Shown here piece after piece: positions 22,282-32,685 of a DNA stretch of 64,000 bases; positions within the stretch are counted from its first letter, which is position 1; every line of letters begins with the position of its first letter. The stretch comes from Nitrosarchaeum sp. GTDB taxonomy: Archaea > Thermoproteota > Nitrososphaeria > Nitrososphaerales > Nitrosopumilaceae. The stretch lies in contig OZ245020.1 in the NCBI GenBank assembly GCA_965223865.1, positions 800,001 through 864,000 on the forward strand, read 5' to 3'. A program made the translations under genes and the position numbers. The notes beneath the pieces are model-generated. The model did not search any database. It was not told the origin of the DNA and saw only the letters and a program-made list of their open reading frames with translations.

Positions 22282-22737
22282 TTGGCAAGTTATAAGGGTG
22301 CTTATTCAAATGAACAATCTCTAAATTTCATTATTCCAATTATGGTAATTTTATTTCTTGGAATAATTTATGTAATGACTCAAAGATCTGGTTCAGGTTT
22401 CGTAAGCTTTATTCTCATTGGAGCAGCTGCAATTACAATGTTTTATTGGATAAGAGTACTTAAGAAAATGACCAAGGATCAAAAACCACTTTATACTGCA
22501 AGGGAACAAGAAACCAAAAATTGGGTGTATGACCTTATCAAGGGAGAGGGTGAGTTTGTTTTTGTGGCAGAAGTTCCCGGTCCAGAAGACAAAATTGCAG
22601 TTAGATTAATTGATGGAATTTTATATATTCGTGGTTCTGGAGGTTTTTCTAAAGAAGTTCCTATAGAAGGATCTAATGAAATGCAGATTTTTGATTTTAA
22701 ATATAGAAATGGAGTTTTAACTTTAAGAATAAAGTAA
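22282..22737 (+). CDS. Hsp20/alpha-crystallin domain protein with two N-terminal TM helices
   Basis: FVAEVPG, YRNGVLTLRI. Confidence 0.8.
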   Translation: MASYKGAYSNEQSLNFIIPIMVILFLGIIYVMTQRSGSGFVSFILIGAAAITMFYWIRVLKKMTKDQKPLYTAREQETKNWVYDLIKGEGEFVFVAEVPGPEDKIAVRLIDGILYIRGSGGFSKEVPIEGSNEMQIFDFKYRNGVLTLRIK

Positions 22738-23847
22738 CTATAGACTTTTTGCTAGCTCTAATTTCTGTGGAAGATATTTTTCAGTAATATTAGTTAGACC
22801 ATATTTTGAAAATGCTTCTAGCTCTGCTTTTCTTTTAATACGTAAAAATACATCTAATTCCTTTTTCCAAATTCCTTCTTGATATCTTGGATCCTTTTGT
22901 AAATCATAGCATCTCTTGATGTCAGATTCAGTCATTGGTATTGTAGGAAGTTTGAATTTTTCAATATCTGTGGCCCACACCCCTACCCACTTTGCATCAG
23001 GTACAGTTAATTCTCTTAAATGTGCTGCATTGGCAGAACCAGATTTTATAACCATTGCAATATGTTCCCCATAAACATCTCCATCTGTTAGAACAATTAT
23101 GGGTAATCCCATTTCATCATGAAGTCGTTTAAGAAGAGTTCGAGTTGATCGAGGTGCTTGACCGCCAGTATTTATGATAATTGATTTGAATTTCTTATCA
23201 ACTTGTTCTTCTACAAATCTAGTAAACAAACCTCCCTTTTCTATGGCAATTACAATTTCTGCACTAGTATCAAGCAACTCAGCAGTAGTCAAACTAGGTC
23301 CTATAGAATATCCATCAGGATGGTTTGAAAGATTCATTGTCTTCCCTTCATACCCTGGAATAGTATATTCTATATTCAAATCACCAAAAATAGAACTTCT
23401 TTCTTCAGGAAATATATGAAAATCTTCTCTTGGTTTTGAGGTAACTGCTTCTAAATCTACAATAATGTTATCAGATTCAGCCTGATCTTCAAATTCAATT
23501 GCAAAAGCCTGAGAGGAGTAATAAACATCTCTTAAGGTTGATGATTTTTTTTCTTGAGTAAGTCGATTTGCAAAAAATGCTAACCACATTAATTGTGTAA
23601 AAGATCTCAGTTGAGATGAATTTCTTGAGCTGCGCAAAGATGTAGTGTTTCCTAAAATGTATTGTCTCAATTTTTTGTCATATACAATATTACTAACTGA
23701 CCTACTAGGAATTGAAAATTTTGGAAACTGACCATTGTCCAGATCTTCATATATTTTAGCTCCATGAGTTTTTAGAATTTCGATTACGTCCTTTTGTTTT
23801 TTTTCAGATTTTTTACGTATTTCTTTTGATTTTTTACTTGTTTTCAA
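22738..23847 (-). CDS. top6A: DNA topoisomerase VI subunit A
   Basis: TLRDVYY catalytic Tyr, IEKGG, DGDVYG, KAELEA. Confidence 0.96.
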   Translation of the reverse strand: MKTSKKSKEIRKKSEKKQKDVIEILKTHGAKIYEDLDNGQFPKFSIPSRSVSNIVYDKKLRQYILGNTTSLRSSRNSSQLRSFTQLMWLAFFANRLTQEKKSSTLRDVYYSSQAFAIEFEDQAESDNIIVDLEAVTSKPREDFHIFPEERSSIFGDLNIEYTIPGYEGKTMNLSNHPDGYSIGPSLTTAELLDTSAEIVIAIEKGGLFTRFVEEQVDKKFKSIIINTGGQAPRSTRTLLKRLHDEMGLPIIVLTDGDVYGEHIAMVIKSGSANAAHLRELTVPDAKWVGVWATDIEKFKLPTIPMTESDIKRCYDLQKDPRYQEGIWKKELDVFLRIKRKAELEAFSKYGLTNITEKYLPQKLELAKSL

Positions 23848-25672
23848 TGACTGTTTCCTCCTCTAGCATTTTCTTATAGCTTGGCTCTTTCTTCTTTCCA
23901 GCAAGTTCCGTGCAGAATTGAGCAATTAATGGAATATATTTTGCATAAAGATTTGCACGTTTTTTAGCCATTTCAGCTTGGCCTTTCTTTGACATGTATG
24001 CTGCAAGTTTTCTAGATAAGAATTGTAATGACAATCTCAACTCACGTTCTATTTCTGGTCTGTCTGCAACATTTTCTTTTCCAGCGGTTTTGTATGGAAT
24101 TCTAGTAGAACAAATATGAGAAACTATGATAAATGGTGGATCTCCTTTTACCTTGTATCTTCCCCAATCAGTATCATTAACAACTTTTAGAACAACATCA
24201 CTACCTTCATCATAAAGCAATGGGATTCGATTTGCATATCTGTAGACATGAGGTCCTCCAGATTTAATATCACCACCATAAGCTATTCCCATTTCAATAA
24301 TAAAGGGAAATCCAGAATAAGCAGATGCTGGACGTTGAACTACTGCTGTAAAATCAGGATTAAAGAATTTTTTTATTCCTTTTTCCAATGGTTCTTCTCC
24401 TAATGGTGCAAGACAACTTGGATCAGGAGAAAGGAAATCTTCAAATTTTTGTAAAGAGTCGCTTAGTTTTACTAATTCTTGATTTGTCATTGTTCCCATT
24501 CGTTTTTCAGGTTTAAATCCGGCAAATTCTGCAAATTTAACTGCAGTTGTAGGACCTACACGTTGGAACCTTTTTGTCAAAAATGTTGTTAGTGCTTCTC
24601 CTTGAACAGTGTTCGTAAGCTGTTTGTAATAGGAACTTTCAGGGTCCATATTAACTGATTTTGATTGTGAATCACCAAAATCCCAATAGTATAATTTTTT
24701 GTTAGGTACATCCATTTCTTCAATTCGTATTTTACGGAGTTTTTCAAAATCCATTTTAAGAAATGACATTAATGCAATTACAACTCTCACTTGACGTGAC
24801 AAATTTTTCCATTTCTTCCTTGCTTTTTCCATGATTGCAGTGAAACTAAAATTCTTTTTTGATAAACCCAAATCCTTTCTAACTTTTTCAATCATATTAT
24901 CATCAATAGTAGGAATTTCAAATTGAGATTCAACAATCATTCTACGTATTCTTTCAACATCAATTCCATGTGGATGAGGTCTAATTATAGTGGGCGGTGG
25001 AGGAATTTCTTTAACAAACCTAGAATGATGAAATTTTTGCCCTTTAGGATCATCAAAGGTAATCGTCGCATAAGGAGTAATTAAAGACGTTTCATAAACA
25101 TAATCTCTAATTTTTGTTCCTGCTTTGGAATAATCACCCTCTAAGCAGATACTAACTGAAAGACCCTTTTTTGATATATCTTTTGTATTATGTTTTAGAA
25201 TTACAGGTTTGTTTTTTTGAATGTCTAATAATATTTCAAATTCATCTTGAGTTTTTCCATCAGTAGAACTTTTTACAATAACTGGTTTGTTGGTAGTAAT
25301 TTGGCCGTAAAGAATAGCCATTGTTGCACCAAGTCCAAACATACCTCTGGCTTGTTTTAATCCAAATTTTGAACCATATAGAACTGTTCCAAATGCTAGA
25401 GGAATATGTTCAGCATCAATGCCAGGACCGTTATCTTTTACAGTCAAAATATAGGGTTTTGGGTCAGATTTTTCAGGATCTACTGCCTTAATTGTAAGGT
25501 GAACATCAGGAAGAATTCCCTTTTGGTCACAAGCATCTAATGCATTTTCAACAAATTCTCTTACAGCAGTATAAAGAGAACGAGTAGGATTACTAAATCC
25601 AGCTAAATCACGGTTACTATAAAAAAATTCACTAGGAGATATCTGATTGAATTGTTCTTTAATCAAAGACAT
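23834..25672 (-). CDS. top6B: DNA topoisomerase VI subunit B
   Basis: EFVENALDA, DNGPGI, RGMFGLG, RYANRIPLLYD, PYKTAGKE. Confidence 0.96.
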   Translation of the reverse strand: MSLIKEQFNQISPSEFFYSNRDLAGFSNPTRSLYTAVREFVENALDACDQKGILPDVHLTIKAVDPEKSDPKPYILTVKDNGPGIDAEHIPLAFGTVLYGSKFGLKQARGMFGLGATMAILYGQITTNKPVIVKSSTDGKTQDEFEILLDIQKNKPVILKHNTKDISKKGLSVSICLEGDYSKAGTKIRDYVYETSLITPYATITFDDPKGQKFHHSRFVKEIPPPPTIIRPHPHGIDVERIRRMIVESQFEIPTIDDNMIEKVRKDLGLSKKNFSFTAIMEKARKKWKNLSRQVRVVIALMSFLKMDFEKLRKIRIEEMDVPNKKLYYWDFGDSQSKSVNMDPESSYYKQLTNTVQGEALTTFLTKRFQRVGPTTAVKFAEFAGFKPEKRMGTMTNQELVKLSDSLQKFEDFLSPDPSCLAPLGEEPLEKGIKKFFNPDFTAVVQRPASAYSGFPFIIEMGIAYGGDIKSGGPHVYRYANRIPLLYDEGSDVVLKVVNDTDWGRYKVKGDPPFIIVSHICSTRIPYKTAGKENVADRPEIERELRLSLQFLSRKLAAYMSKKGQAEMAKKRANLYAKYIPLIAQFCTELAGKKKEPSYKKMLEEETVIENK

Positions 25673-26231
25673 CTTGATCTTCCCACAGTTTTATTTTTTC
25701 TTGTTTTTCTTTACGATTTACAGCTTCTAGTCTGTTGTAAACTGCACCATGCATACTTCCACTGGAAATAGAAGAAATTGCATCAACTGCTGATCTTAAT
25801 TTTGTGGTGTTGCCAATTATTGAAACCGTTTTTCCATAAACAGAGATATGTGTATCACTTAGATTTTCCATATTTCTTCTTGCCTTACCACCTTCTCCTA
25901 TGATCCTCCCTTTTATCCTTTCAATATTTGAGCTAGACTTACCGGCAAACTCTCTCAAATCGATCACATGTAACGTGTTGTCATTTTCTAACAAAGTCAT
26001 TGCTTTTTCGGGAGAAAATCCTCTCCCAATTGCAGTGACAATCTCAATTGCCTTAAAAGGTTGGATTTTTTCGATATTTCCAGCTGATTTTATTAATACT
26101 TCACCAGTATCTCCATCAATTTCCAAAGTCACAAGACATAGCTTTTCAATTGTTGATTTTGTTTTTCCAGATTTACCAATTAAAACACCTATCCTTTCAT
26201 TTGGGATACGAATCAATTTTTCAAAGCTCAT
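25659..26231 (-). CDS. KH-domain ribosome biogenesis protein (Dim2/Pno1-like)
   Basis: Two KH motifs IGKSG and IIGEGG; AIGRGF; next to rio1. Confidence 0.9.
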   Translation of the reverse strand: MSFEKLIRIPNERIGVLIGKSGKTKSTIEKLCLVTLEIDGDTGEVLIKSAGNIEKIQPFKAIEIVTAIGRGFSPEKAMTLLENDNTLHVIDLREFAGKSSSNIERIKGRIIGEGGKARRNMENLSDTHISVYGKTVSIIGNTTKLRSAVDAISSISSGSMHGAVYNRLEAVNRKEKQEKIKLWEDQDVFD

Positions 26232-27010
26232 TTTACAATTTCCTCAAATATTTCTGTTGGATTATTAACTGAAATACCTCTTTTAGAGAAGAATCGCGTT
26301 ATGTTATTAATATCTCTTTGAAGAAATTTTTTTGCATTGGGGTGTCTCAGATCAACTGCTGAGCCAAGATCAAAAACAATCAATCCCTTTTTCGTTTTGA
26401 AAATATTATATTCAGAGTAATCACCATGTACAAGTTTTGCATTTTGGTATAATTTTTTTAAAATCGATATAGATTCATGATAATCATTTTCAGAAATTTT
26501 TGATTCAAGTAATAATTTTGCAGGAGCTCCATTTTTACCTACAAATTTCATTGCCAATACATTATTTGTAACATAGAGGGGTTTAGGTACAGGAATTCCA
26601 CAATCAAAACATTGAGAAAGATTTCGGAATTCCTTTCTAGCCCAAAAATGAATCAAATTTTTAGTTCCTTTTTTTAATTTCGAAAATCTTGGATCTCCCA
26701 GAATATAGGGCTCTCTTTTTTTAAAATTTGAAGTACTTACCAAATAAATCTTCAAAGCTACATCTTCATTATTTTCATCAACTGCCCAAAATAGAAGAGA
26801 TTCCTTTCCACCGCTAACAGCTCCATTAACATATGCAATAATATGATTCCGTATCATATTGTATAGAGTCATAACAGTTGGCTTGTCTAAGACTTCGTTG
26901 ATTACTTTACCTTTTTTAAAACCATCATCAAGATTTTTCTTTTTAGATTTTGAAATTAATTTTTTTTCAATTTTTGATTCTAATTTTTTTTCAATTTCAT
27001 CTGACAACAA
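26228..27010 (-). CDS. rio1: RIO1 atypical kinase
   Basis: SGGKES, WARKEFRNL, HGDYSEYN, FDLGSAV. Confidence 0.93.
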   Translation of the reverse strand: MLSDEIEKKLESKIEKKLISKSKKKNLDDGFKKGKVINEVLDKPTVMTLYNMIRNHIIAYVNGAVSGGKESLLFWAVDENNEDVALKIYLVSTSNFKKREPYILGDPRFSKLKKGTKNLIHFWARKEFRNLSQCFDCGIPVPKPLYVTNNVLAMKFVGKNGAPAKLLLESKISENDYHESISILKKLYQNAKLVHGDYSEYNIFKTKKGLIVFDLGSAVDLRHPNAKKFLQRDINNITRFFSKRGISVNNPTEIFEEIVK

Positions 27011-27070
27011 ATTATTTTGCTGATACTAGATAAAATGGATTTCTTTTTATTTTTGTAAGTATTGAATAAA

Positions 27071-27367
27071 TCATGTATTAAAAACAATTAAGAAAGGTAC
27101 CCCTGAAATTTTTTTAATACCATTTTCTGAACCGATTCCTAATTCTATTGAAAGTGATACAGTATCATTTCCAACCATATTGATAATGGATGATTTTTTG
27201 AGTAATATTTCAGCTTCTTCCTTGTTTACAATTTTTTCTCCATAATAGCTCTTATTGATTTTCATAATCAATTCACCTTGAACAATTTCTTTTCCAAGTA
27301 AATCAAAATCACAAATATTTAACATCATATTTTTTTGATAATCAGTGGTTTTGACAGAAAATTTCAT
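27071..27367 (-). CDS. DUF424 family protein
   Basis: NICD..LLGK, YYGE, NMVG. Confidence 0.85.
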   Translation of the reverse strand: MKFSVKTTDYQKNMMLNICDFDLLGKEIVQGELIMKINKSYYGEKIVNKEEAEILLKKSSIINMVGNDTVSLSIELGIGSENGIKKISGVPFLIVFNT

Positions 27368-27789
27368 TATGCATATTTTCCTTTGAGTGTAGATTTTGCT
27401 CCACATGCTTCACACATCAAAAAAGAAATTCGATTTTCTTTGACAATTTTTGTATCAGGACTTTTGCATGTAGGACATTCCAAATAATCTTTCACATAAA
27501 TTTGAAATAACCGTGTAAAATCATCTGGTGCTCGTCTTCCAATAAACATAGCTTTGTCTCCTAAGCGCTCTGCAGGAACTGCAAATTCTTTTGATAGGTA
27601 CTGTAATACTTTGTCAGGATCTCTGCGTAATATCTTTGGAAATTCTGAGAAATTACGTAGAAATGTCTTTTGTCCCTCCCACATAACGTCAACTATAGGA
27701 AGTTCAAATCTTGCAGTGGTTTCTTTTTTAGTATTACCTATCTTATCCTGAATTCTTTTCAGCAGACGTTCATACTCGGATTTGGTCAC
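27367..27789 (-). CDS. eif2b: Translation initiation factor 2 beta subunit
   Basis: CPTCKSPDT...CEACGA zinc ribbon. Confidence 0.95.
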   Translation of the reverse strand: MTKSEYERLLKRIQDKIGNTKKETTARFELPIVDVMWEGQKTFLRNFSEFPKILRRDPDKVLQYLSKEFAVPAERLGDKAMFIGRRAPDDFTRLFQIYVKDYLECPTCKSPDTKIVKENRISFLMCEACGAKSTLKGKYA

Positions 27790-27859
27790 TAATATTTAGT
27801 GGACAGTACACCCTATATGGGTTTTTGAAAAAGAGAAATCGTGGATTTCTGTTAGTGTT

Positions 27860-28006
27860 TTATTCCATCTTTCCTATTCGGAAAACATTAGTTCCACATT
27901 TTGGACATACTCCTTTCACAGCAGGACGTCCATTTTTTAGTTTAGTTACTTTGGGACCTTTAATTTCCCTTTTAGCTCTGCATTTTACGCAATATGCTTC
28001 AACCAT
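27860..28006 (-). CDS. DUF5679-like small basic Zn-ribbon protein (48 aa, absent from ORF track)
   Basis: MVEAYCVKCRAKREIKGPKVTKLKNGRPAVKGVCPKCGTNVFRIGKME. Confidence 0.85.
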   Translation of the reverse strand: MVEAYCVKCRAKREIKGPKVTKLKNGRPAVKGVCPKCGTNVFRIGKME

Positions 28007-28255
28007 TCTAAAAAATGTCAAACTCGGTTCTATTTAGGAAGAGCCTGTGAAAATTATTTAACTATAGACTAGATGTGTGTAAATTTTTTAGAGTGTTAAG
28101 AAACAGACTTTATAAAAAATACAACTAATAATATGAATTTGTTAATAATTCTAAAAAGAATTGTGACAGAATTGATTTTTTTTAATATTTGTTCAAGAAG
28201 GATGTATTTTACGACTAGTTATCAGTTATAAACTCCCTGTTTGTAGGATCACAAA

Positions 28256-28753
28256 ATGGCATCAAAAAAAGGAATTACAGTTACTGTGATAATTCTAGCA
28301 GTTATTACAGGAGCAAGTTTTCTATTTTGGATAATGCCTGAGGAAACTGAATCAACCTTTGTGGTTTCAGATTATGAGGATTATTTAGATGGTATAAAAA
28401 ATATCCATGAAGTTTTGCAAGAATCAATAGATATAGAATTCCAAAATCTTATTGATGGAAAAATTACACCAGATGAGTATATTGCAATTACAGAGATAAC
28501 AACAACTCAAGTAACAGCAAAAATAAGTGAATTTGTAACATCAAAACCGTCAGAACCCTGGCAAGAAAGCTACATTAGTTATATGGATGCTCTAAAAAAA
28601 TTCAATTCATACATTGTAGAAACTAAAGTTTATGCAAATATGATTAAAGAAGGGAGTGATCAAAATGAAATGAAAGAAATTTTCCAAAAGATAGAAACGT
28701 TAAAAGAAGAATCCAAGCAGATTGCAAAAAATTCAGATAACTTACGACCATAA
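28256..28753 (+). CDS. Membrane-anchored helical hypothetical protein
   Basis: N-terminal TM, acidic helical body. Confidence 0.75.
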   Translation: MASKKGITVTVIILAVITGASFLFWIMPEETESTFVVSDYEDYLDGIKNIHEVLQESIDIEFQNLIDGKITPDEYIAITEITTTQVTAKISEFVTSKPSEPWQESYISYMDALKKFNSYIVETKVYANMIKEGSDQNEMKEIFQKIETLKEESKQIAKNSDNLRP

Positions 28754-28819
28754 ATAGCCTCAAAACCGAAGTATAATATTTTCAAAAGTTGGAAATCGTT
28801 AAAAAGCAATTTCACAAAT

Positions 28820-29974
28820 ATGAAGTCAATGTCTCAAAGTTCTGAAAAAATAGAAAAGGACGTAAATGCATCTACAGTCAACAAATTACTTGTAATTTGT
28901 GTGGATAGAGACAACGATATAGGCGAAAAAGCAGGTATCACTACACCAGTTATTGGAAGAGATGAGTGTATAGAGGCAGCTCAAAGATTAGCTTTAGAAG
29001 ATCCGGAAGATGCAGATTCAAATTCTATATTTGCAGCAATAAAGACCTATGAAGACCTAATAAGTAAAGGATACCAAGTAGAAGTTGTAACAATAGCAGG
29101 AGTAAAAGAACGAGGTGTACAAGCAGATGAAAAGATTTTATCTGAAGCTAGAAAGGTTTTGGAAAAATTTTCTGCGAATGGAGCTGTAATTGTTTCGGAT
29201 GGAGAAGATGATGAAAGTGTAATTCCTGTGATTCAAAATGTCCTACCAGTTGTATCGGTACAAAGAGTGGTAATGAAAGTCAGTAGAAGTGTAGAGTATT
29301 CTTATGCGGTTTTTGGAAAATATCTAAAAATGATAGCATATGATTCAAAGTATTCAAAATTTTTCTTAGGTGTTCCAGGAATCCTTTTGTTAATAGGCGG
29401 AATTGCAACTGTTTTCGGATATACTGCAGAAATTTTTGCAGTTTTAGTTAGTATTTTAGGAGGAGCATTTTTGATTAGGGCTTTTGATGTAGATAGAGCT
29501 TGGTCTAGCTGGACAAAACCCACTCCAATGGGATTCATCAGAATGTTTACAATGGTTGCAGGAGTTCTACTTATTCTGTCATCAGTTCCAGCTGGAATTA
29601 GTTCAGTAGATTCAGAATTATTAGAAAGGAATACAGAATTTATTTCAAAAATTACTGACAAAGTAATAATTGGACAATTTGTTTCAGGTGCATTACCAAT
29701 ATTATGGATTGGCATAGGTTCAATTTTTGCAGGGATTTTACTTAGTAATTGGATAGGAGAAGTTCCAAGACAAATTAGTGATATACTTAGGCTAATTGTT
29801 CTTGGAGCCTTGTATCCCACAGTATATCAATTTACAAACATCATGATAAATGAAGAAAATTCATTTACATTAATACCACCTTTGTTAGCAGGACTTGCAG
29901 CCACGTTAATCTCAGCAACGATTTTGTTTAAAAAATATAGAAAACACAGACATCAAGAAATGGTTTCAGATTAG
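28820..29974 (+). CDS. DUF373 family membrane protein
   Basis: VDRDNDIG, DPEDADSN, VSDGEDDE. Confidence 0.9.
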   Translation: MKSMSQSSEKIEKDVNASTVNKLLVICVDRDNDIGEKAGITTPVIGRDECIEAAQRLALEDPEDADSNSIFAAIKTYEDLISKGYQVEVVTIAGVKERGVQADEKILSEARKVLEKFSANGAVIVSDGEDDESVIPVIQNVLPVVSVQRVVMKVSRSVEYSYAVFGKYLKMIAYDSKYSKFFLGVPGILLLIGGIATVFGYTAEIFAVLVSILGGAFLIRAFDVDRAWSSWTKPTPMGFIRMFTMVAGVLLILSSVPAGISSVDSELLERNTEFISKITDKVIIGQFVSGALPILWIGIGSIFAGILLSNWIGEVPRQISDILRLIVLGALYPTVYQFTNIMINEENSFTLIPPLLAGLAATLISATILFKKYRKHRHQEMVSD

Positions 29975-30052
29975 GATTCGAATCATTTTTTAATATTTTT
30001 TTATCTGAAAAACACTGATATCTTCACATGTGTATTATACATCAAAAGGTGA

Positions 30053-30850
30053 CTGGATATTAGCAAGTTTTTAGATACAATATTTCAATTATCAGGCCTA
30101 TACAAAATTTACTCAAAGAGACTTGAAAATGAGGTTCGTAATGGAGATATCCCAAATCATGTTGCACTCATTTTAGATGGAAATAGAAGATGGGCAAAAA
30201 GACACTTAGTTATTCAAAAAAAAGGACATTGGAAAGGTGCAGATGCCGTGGAAAGACTACTTGATTGGTGTGAAGAATTTGATATTAAGATAATCACATT
30301 ATACGCACTTTCGGCTGAAAATCTTGAGAGAGATGATGATGAGTTGGAATACATATATGATTTGATTCGTATGAGATTAAGAAAATTGTACAATGATCCT
30401 AGAATCCATAAAAATAAAATGAGAGTAAAAGCAATTGGAAGGATAGAACTTTTACCAGATTCTATTAAAGAAGTTTTAAAGCTATTAGATGATGCTACAA
30501 AAAATTACAATAATCATTTTCTAAATATTGCACTTGCATATGGAGGACAGTGCGAACTTGTTGATGCAGTAAAGAAAATAGGTAATAAAATTAAGAATGG
30601 ATCTTTAAATGTAAAAGAGATAAATGAAAAAGAAATTGAATCAAATCTTTACACTTCGCATCTTCCGCAATCATCTCCAGACATGATACTTAGAACGTCA
30701 GGAGAAAAAAGATTGAGTGGCTTTCTAATGTGGCAAAGTGCCTACAGTGAATTAGTTTTTATGGATATTTTTTGGCCAGAATTTAGAAAGATTGATTTGA
30801 TGAGAGCAATTAGAACATTTCAAGAAAGAAAAAGAAGAATGGGAAAATAA
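30053..30850 (+). CDS. uppS: Cis-prenyltransferase (UppS family), non-canonical start
   Basis: PNHVALILDGNRRWA lies upstream of the track ORF; RTSGEKRLSGF; frame opens at CTG 30053. Confidence 0.92.
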   Translation: MDISKFLDTIFQLSGLYKIYSKRLENEVRNGDIPNHVALILDGNRRWAKRHLVIQKKGHWKGADAVERLLDWCEEFDIKIITLYALSAENLERDDDELEYIYDLIRMRLRKLYNDPRIHKNKMRVKAIGRIELLPDSIKEVLKLLDDATKNYNNHFLNIALAYGGQCELVDAVKKIGNKIKNGSLNVKEINEKEIESNLYTSHLPQSSPDMILRTSGEKRLSGFLMWQSAYSELVFMDIFWPEFRKIDLMRAIRTFQERKRRMGK

Positions 30851-30853
30851 AAA

Positions 30854-31273
30854 ATGATTGAAGAAACATCAGCAGGAGTAGTAATATTTAGGAGAGAAAA
30901 TTTGAAAATTTTGTTTTTATTGTTACATTATCCATCTGGACATTGGGATTTCGTTAAGGGGAAAATGGAAAAAGGAGAAACATTTCATCAAACAGCAATA
31001 AGAGAAACTAAGGAAGAAACAGGAATCACAGATATTACTTTTGTGGAAAATTTTGAAGAATGGATTGAATATAATTTTCAATTTCAAGGAGAACTTGTTC
31101 ATAAAAAAGTTGTGTTTTTCTTGGGTGAAACAAAAAATAAAGAAGTATTAATTTCTCATGAACATCTTGATTTTACTTGGATGGATTATCTTACCGCAAT
31201 AGATAAAACAACATTTGATAACGCAAAAACAGTTTTAACAAAATCATACTTGCTTCTTAGTAAGACTCTTTAA
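30854..31273 (+). CDS. Nudix hydrolase (Ap4A hydrolase-like)
   Basis: HWDFVKG..E.GE....A.RE..EETG Nudix box; SHEH. Confidence 0.9.
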   Translation: MIEETSAGVVIFRRENLKILFLLLHYPSGHWDFVKGKMEKGETFHQTAIRETKEETGITDITFVENFEEWIEYNFQFQGELVHKKVVFFLGETKNKEVLISHEHLDFTWMDYLTAIDKTTFDNAKTVLTKSYLLLSKTL

Positions 31274-31993
31274 CTTCAATTCTTTTGAGATTAAAGCAGG
31301 ATTTTTGTTATTAAGAATAGTCCTGCCTACAATAAGGTAATCAGTGCCTGCAGACATAACTTCATTGGCATTACCTCCTTGGGTTCCTACTCCAGGAGAA
31401 AAAATATTTAATTTTTTTCCAGCCTTTTTTGAACAGAATTTTATAATTTCTGGGTATGTAGCACCAACTACAATACCATCCACCTCCGCTGCGAGGGCCC
31501 AATCTAAAAATAGTTGGTAGAGTTGCTCTTTTTTTTTTATTTTAATTTCCATATCGTATGATAACTTTGCTTCAGGTGCACTCATATGACAAAGTGTAAT
31601 AACACCCTTGTTGTTTTTATGAGCAGATTTTACTAGATTCCTTAAACTTTCCAATCCCATGATTGGGTTTGCAATAACTGCATCAAACCCAAAATTCCAT
31701 AGATGTTCAGTCGTGATTTTATTTGTATTTCCAATATCGTTTAATTTAATGTCAGCAATAGTTTGTAATCCATATTGATGGGCTACCGTATTTATTCGAA
31801 TAATCTCTTTAGATCCAAGTGGTAACAATAAATGAAAATTTAACTTAATTCCACATAAAAAGGAATGAAGATTTTTTATATTTTGAATAGTTTTTGATTC
31901 CAAATTATGTATAGAGGTATCATAATCATTAGCAAGGATTACTTTACCATTACTTTTTGATATGTTTAAAAGTCTAGTTTTGAAGGTGGCCAT
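31244..31993 (-). CDS. pyrF: Orotidine-5'-phosphate decarboxylase
   Basis: DIKLNDIGNT, VVGAT, PGVGTQGG, IVGR. Confidence 0.95.
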   Translation of the reverse strand: MATFKTRLLNISKSNGKVILANDYDTSIHNLESKTIQNIKNLHSFLCGIKLNFHLLLPLGSKEIIRINTVAHQYGLQTIADIKLNDIGNTNKITTEHLWNFGFDAVIANPIMGLESLRNLVKSAHKNNKGVITLCHMSAPEAKLSYDMEIKIKKKEQLYQLFLDWALAAEVDGIVVGATYPEIIKFCSKKAGKKLNIFSPGVGTQGGNANEVMSAGTDYLIVGRTILNNKNPALISKELKLKSLTKKQV

Positions 31994-32636
31994 AATCTAC
32001 TAGGGGATGTGTATCTTTTAATTTTATTATTTTGATATATGAATATCCATGTTCTGATGGATTATCAACAAAAGTTGGGTCTAATCCATTATTTGTGGAA
32101 AATTTCAAAAAGGGTTTTTGTGGATCTTTATCAAGTACAACATGACAGAAATATGATGTTCCTTCTTCATTGAAATTCATAAAAACTCCTATAAGCCATT
32201 TTTCATTACGTGGGAACAAAAACAAAGGAAAAGGAATTTCTTCAAAACCCCAACTAAGTTTTGCAAGGCTAGCCATATCCTCTAATTCAATAGGTTGATA
32301 TCTATCAAGAGTGCCATTGCCAGGCTTGAGAGTTTCTGGAAGAGATTTAATTCTAACAATAGGAGAATATAGCTTACTAGAATCAGAAGTTGTATCCGCT
32401 ATTCCCGATTCTTCTTTTCCACCTTTTAATCCATAACAAATGTAATGTCCATTATTTTCTAGAGGAGTATAGTAAACAATTGGTTTTTCTTTAAGAATAT
32501 CCATTTGAACTGATAAAACTTTCTTACCATCATGTTCATGAAGAAAGGATACACGTGGAGCACGTTCAAGGGCACATACCAATCTTGAAAATTCTAAAGA
32601 AGAATAAACTTGAATATATCGAGGTAATTTATCCAC
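31974..32636 (-). CDS. Conserved hypothetical protein
   Basis: Intact ORF between purA and pyrF with internal sequence duplication pattern. Confidence 0.75.
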   Translation of the reverse strand: MDKLPRYIQVYSSLEFSRLVCALERAPRVSFLHEHDGKKVLSVQMDILKEKPIVYYTPLENNGHYICYGLKGGKEESGIADTTSDSSKLYSPIVRIKSLPETLKPGNGTLDRYQPIELEDMASLAKLSWGFEEIPFPLFLFPRNEKWLIGVFMNFNEEGTSYFCHVVLDKDPQKPFLKFSTNNGLDPTFVDNPSEHGYSYIKIIKLKDTHPLVDYGHLQN

Positions 32637-32685
32637 GTAAACTTTTTGCAGATATTCAAATTAAACTTATCCAAAAAAATTCAGG

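Noticed and set aside
27825-28037. 70-aa plus-strand ORF
   Set aside because: Shadow of the minus-strand DUF5679-like gene.
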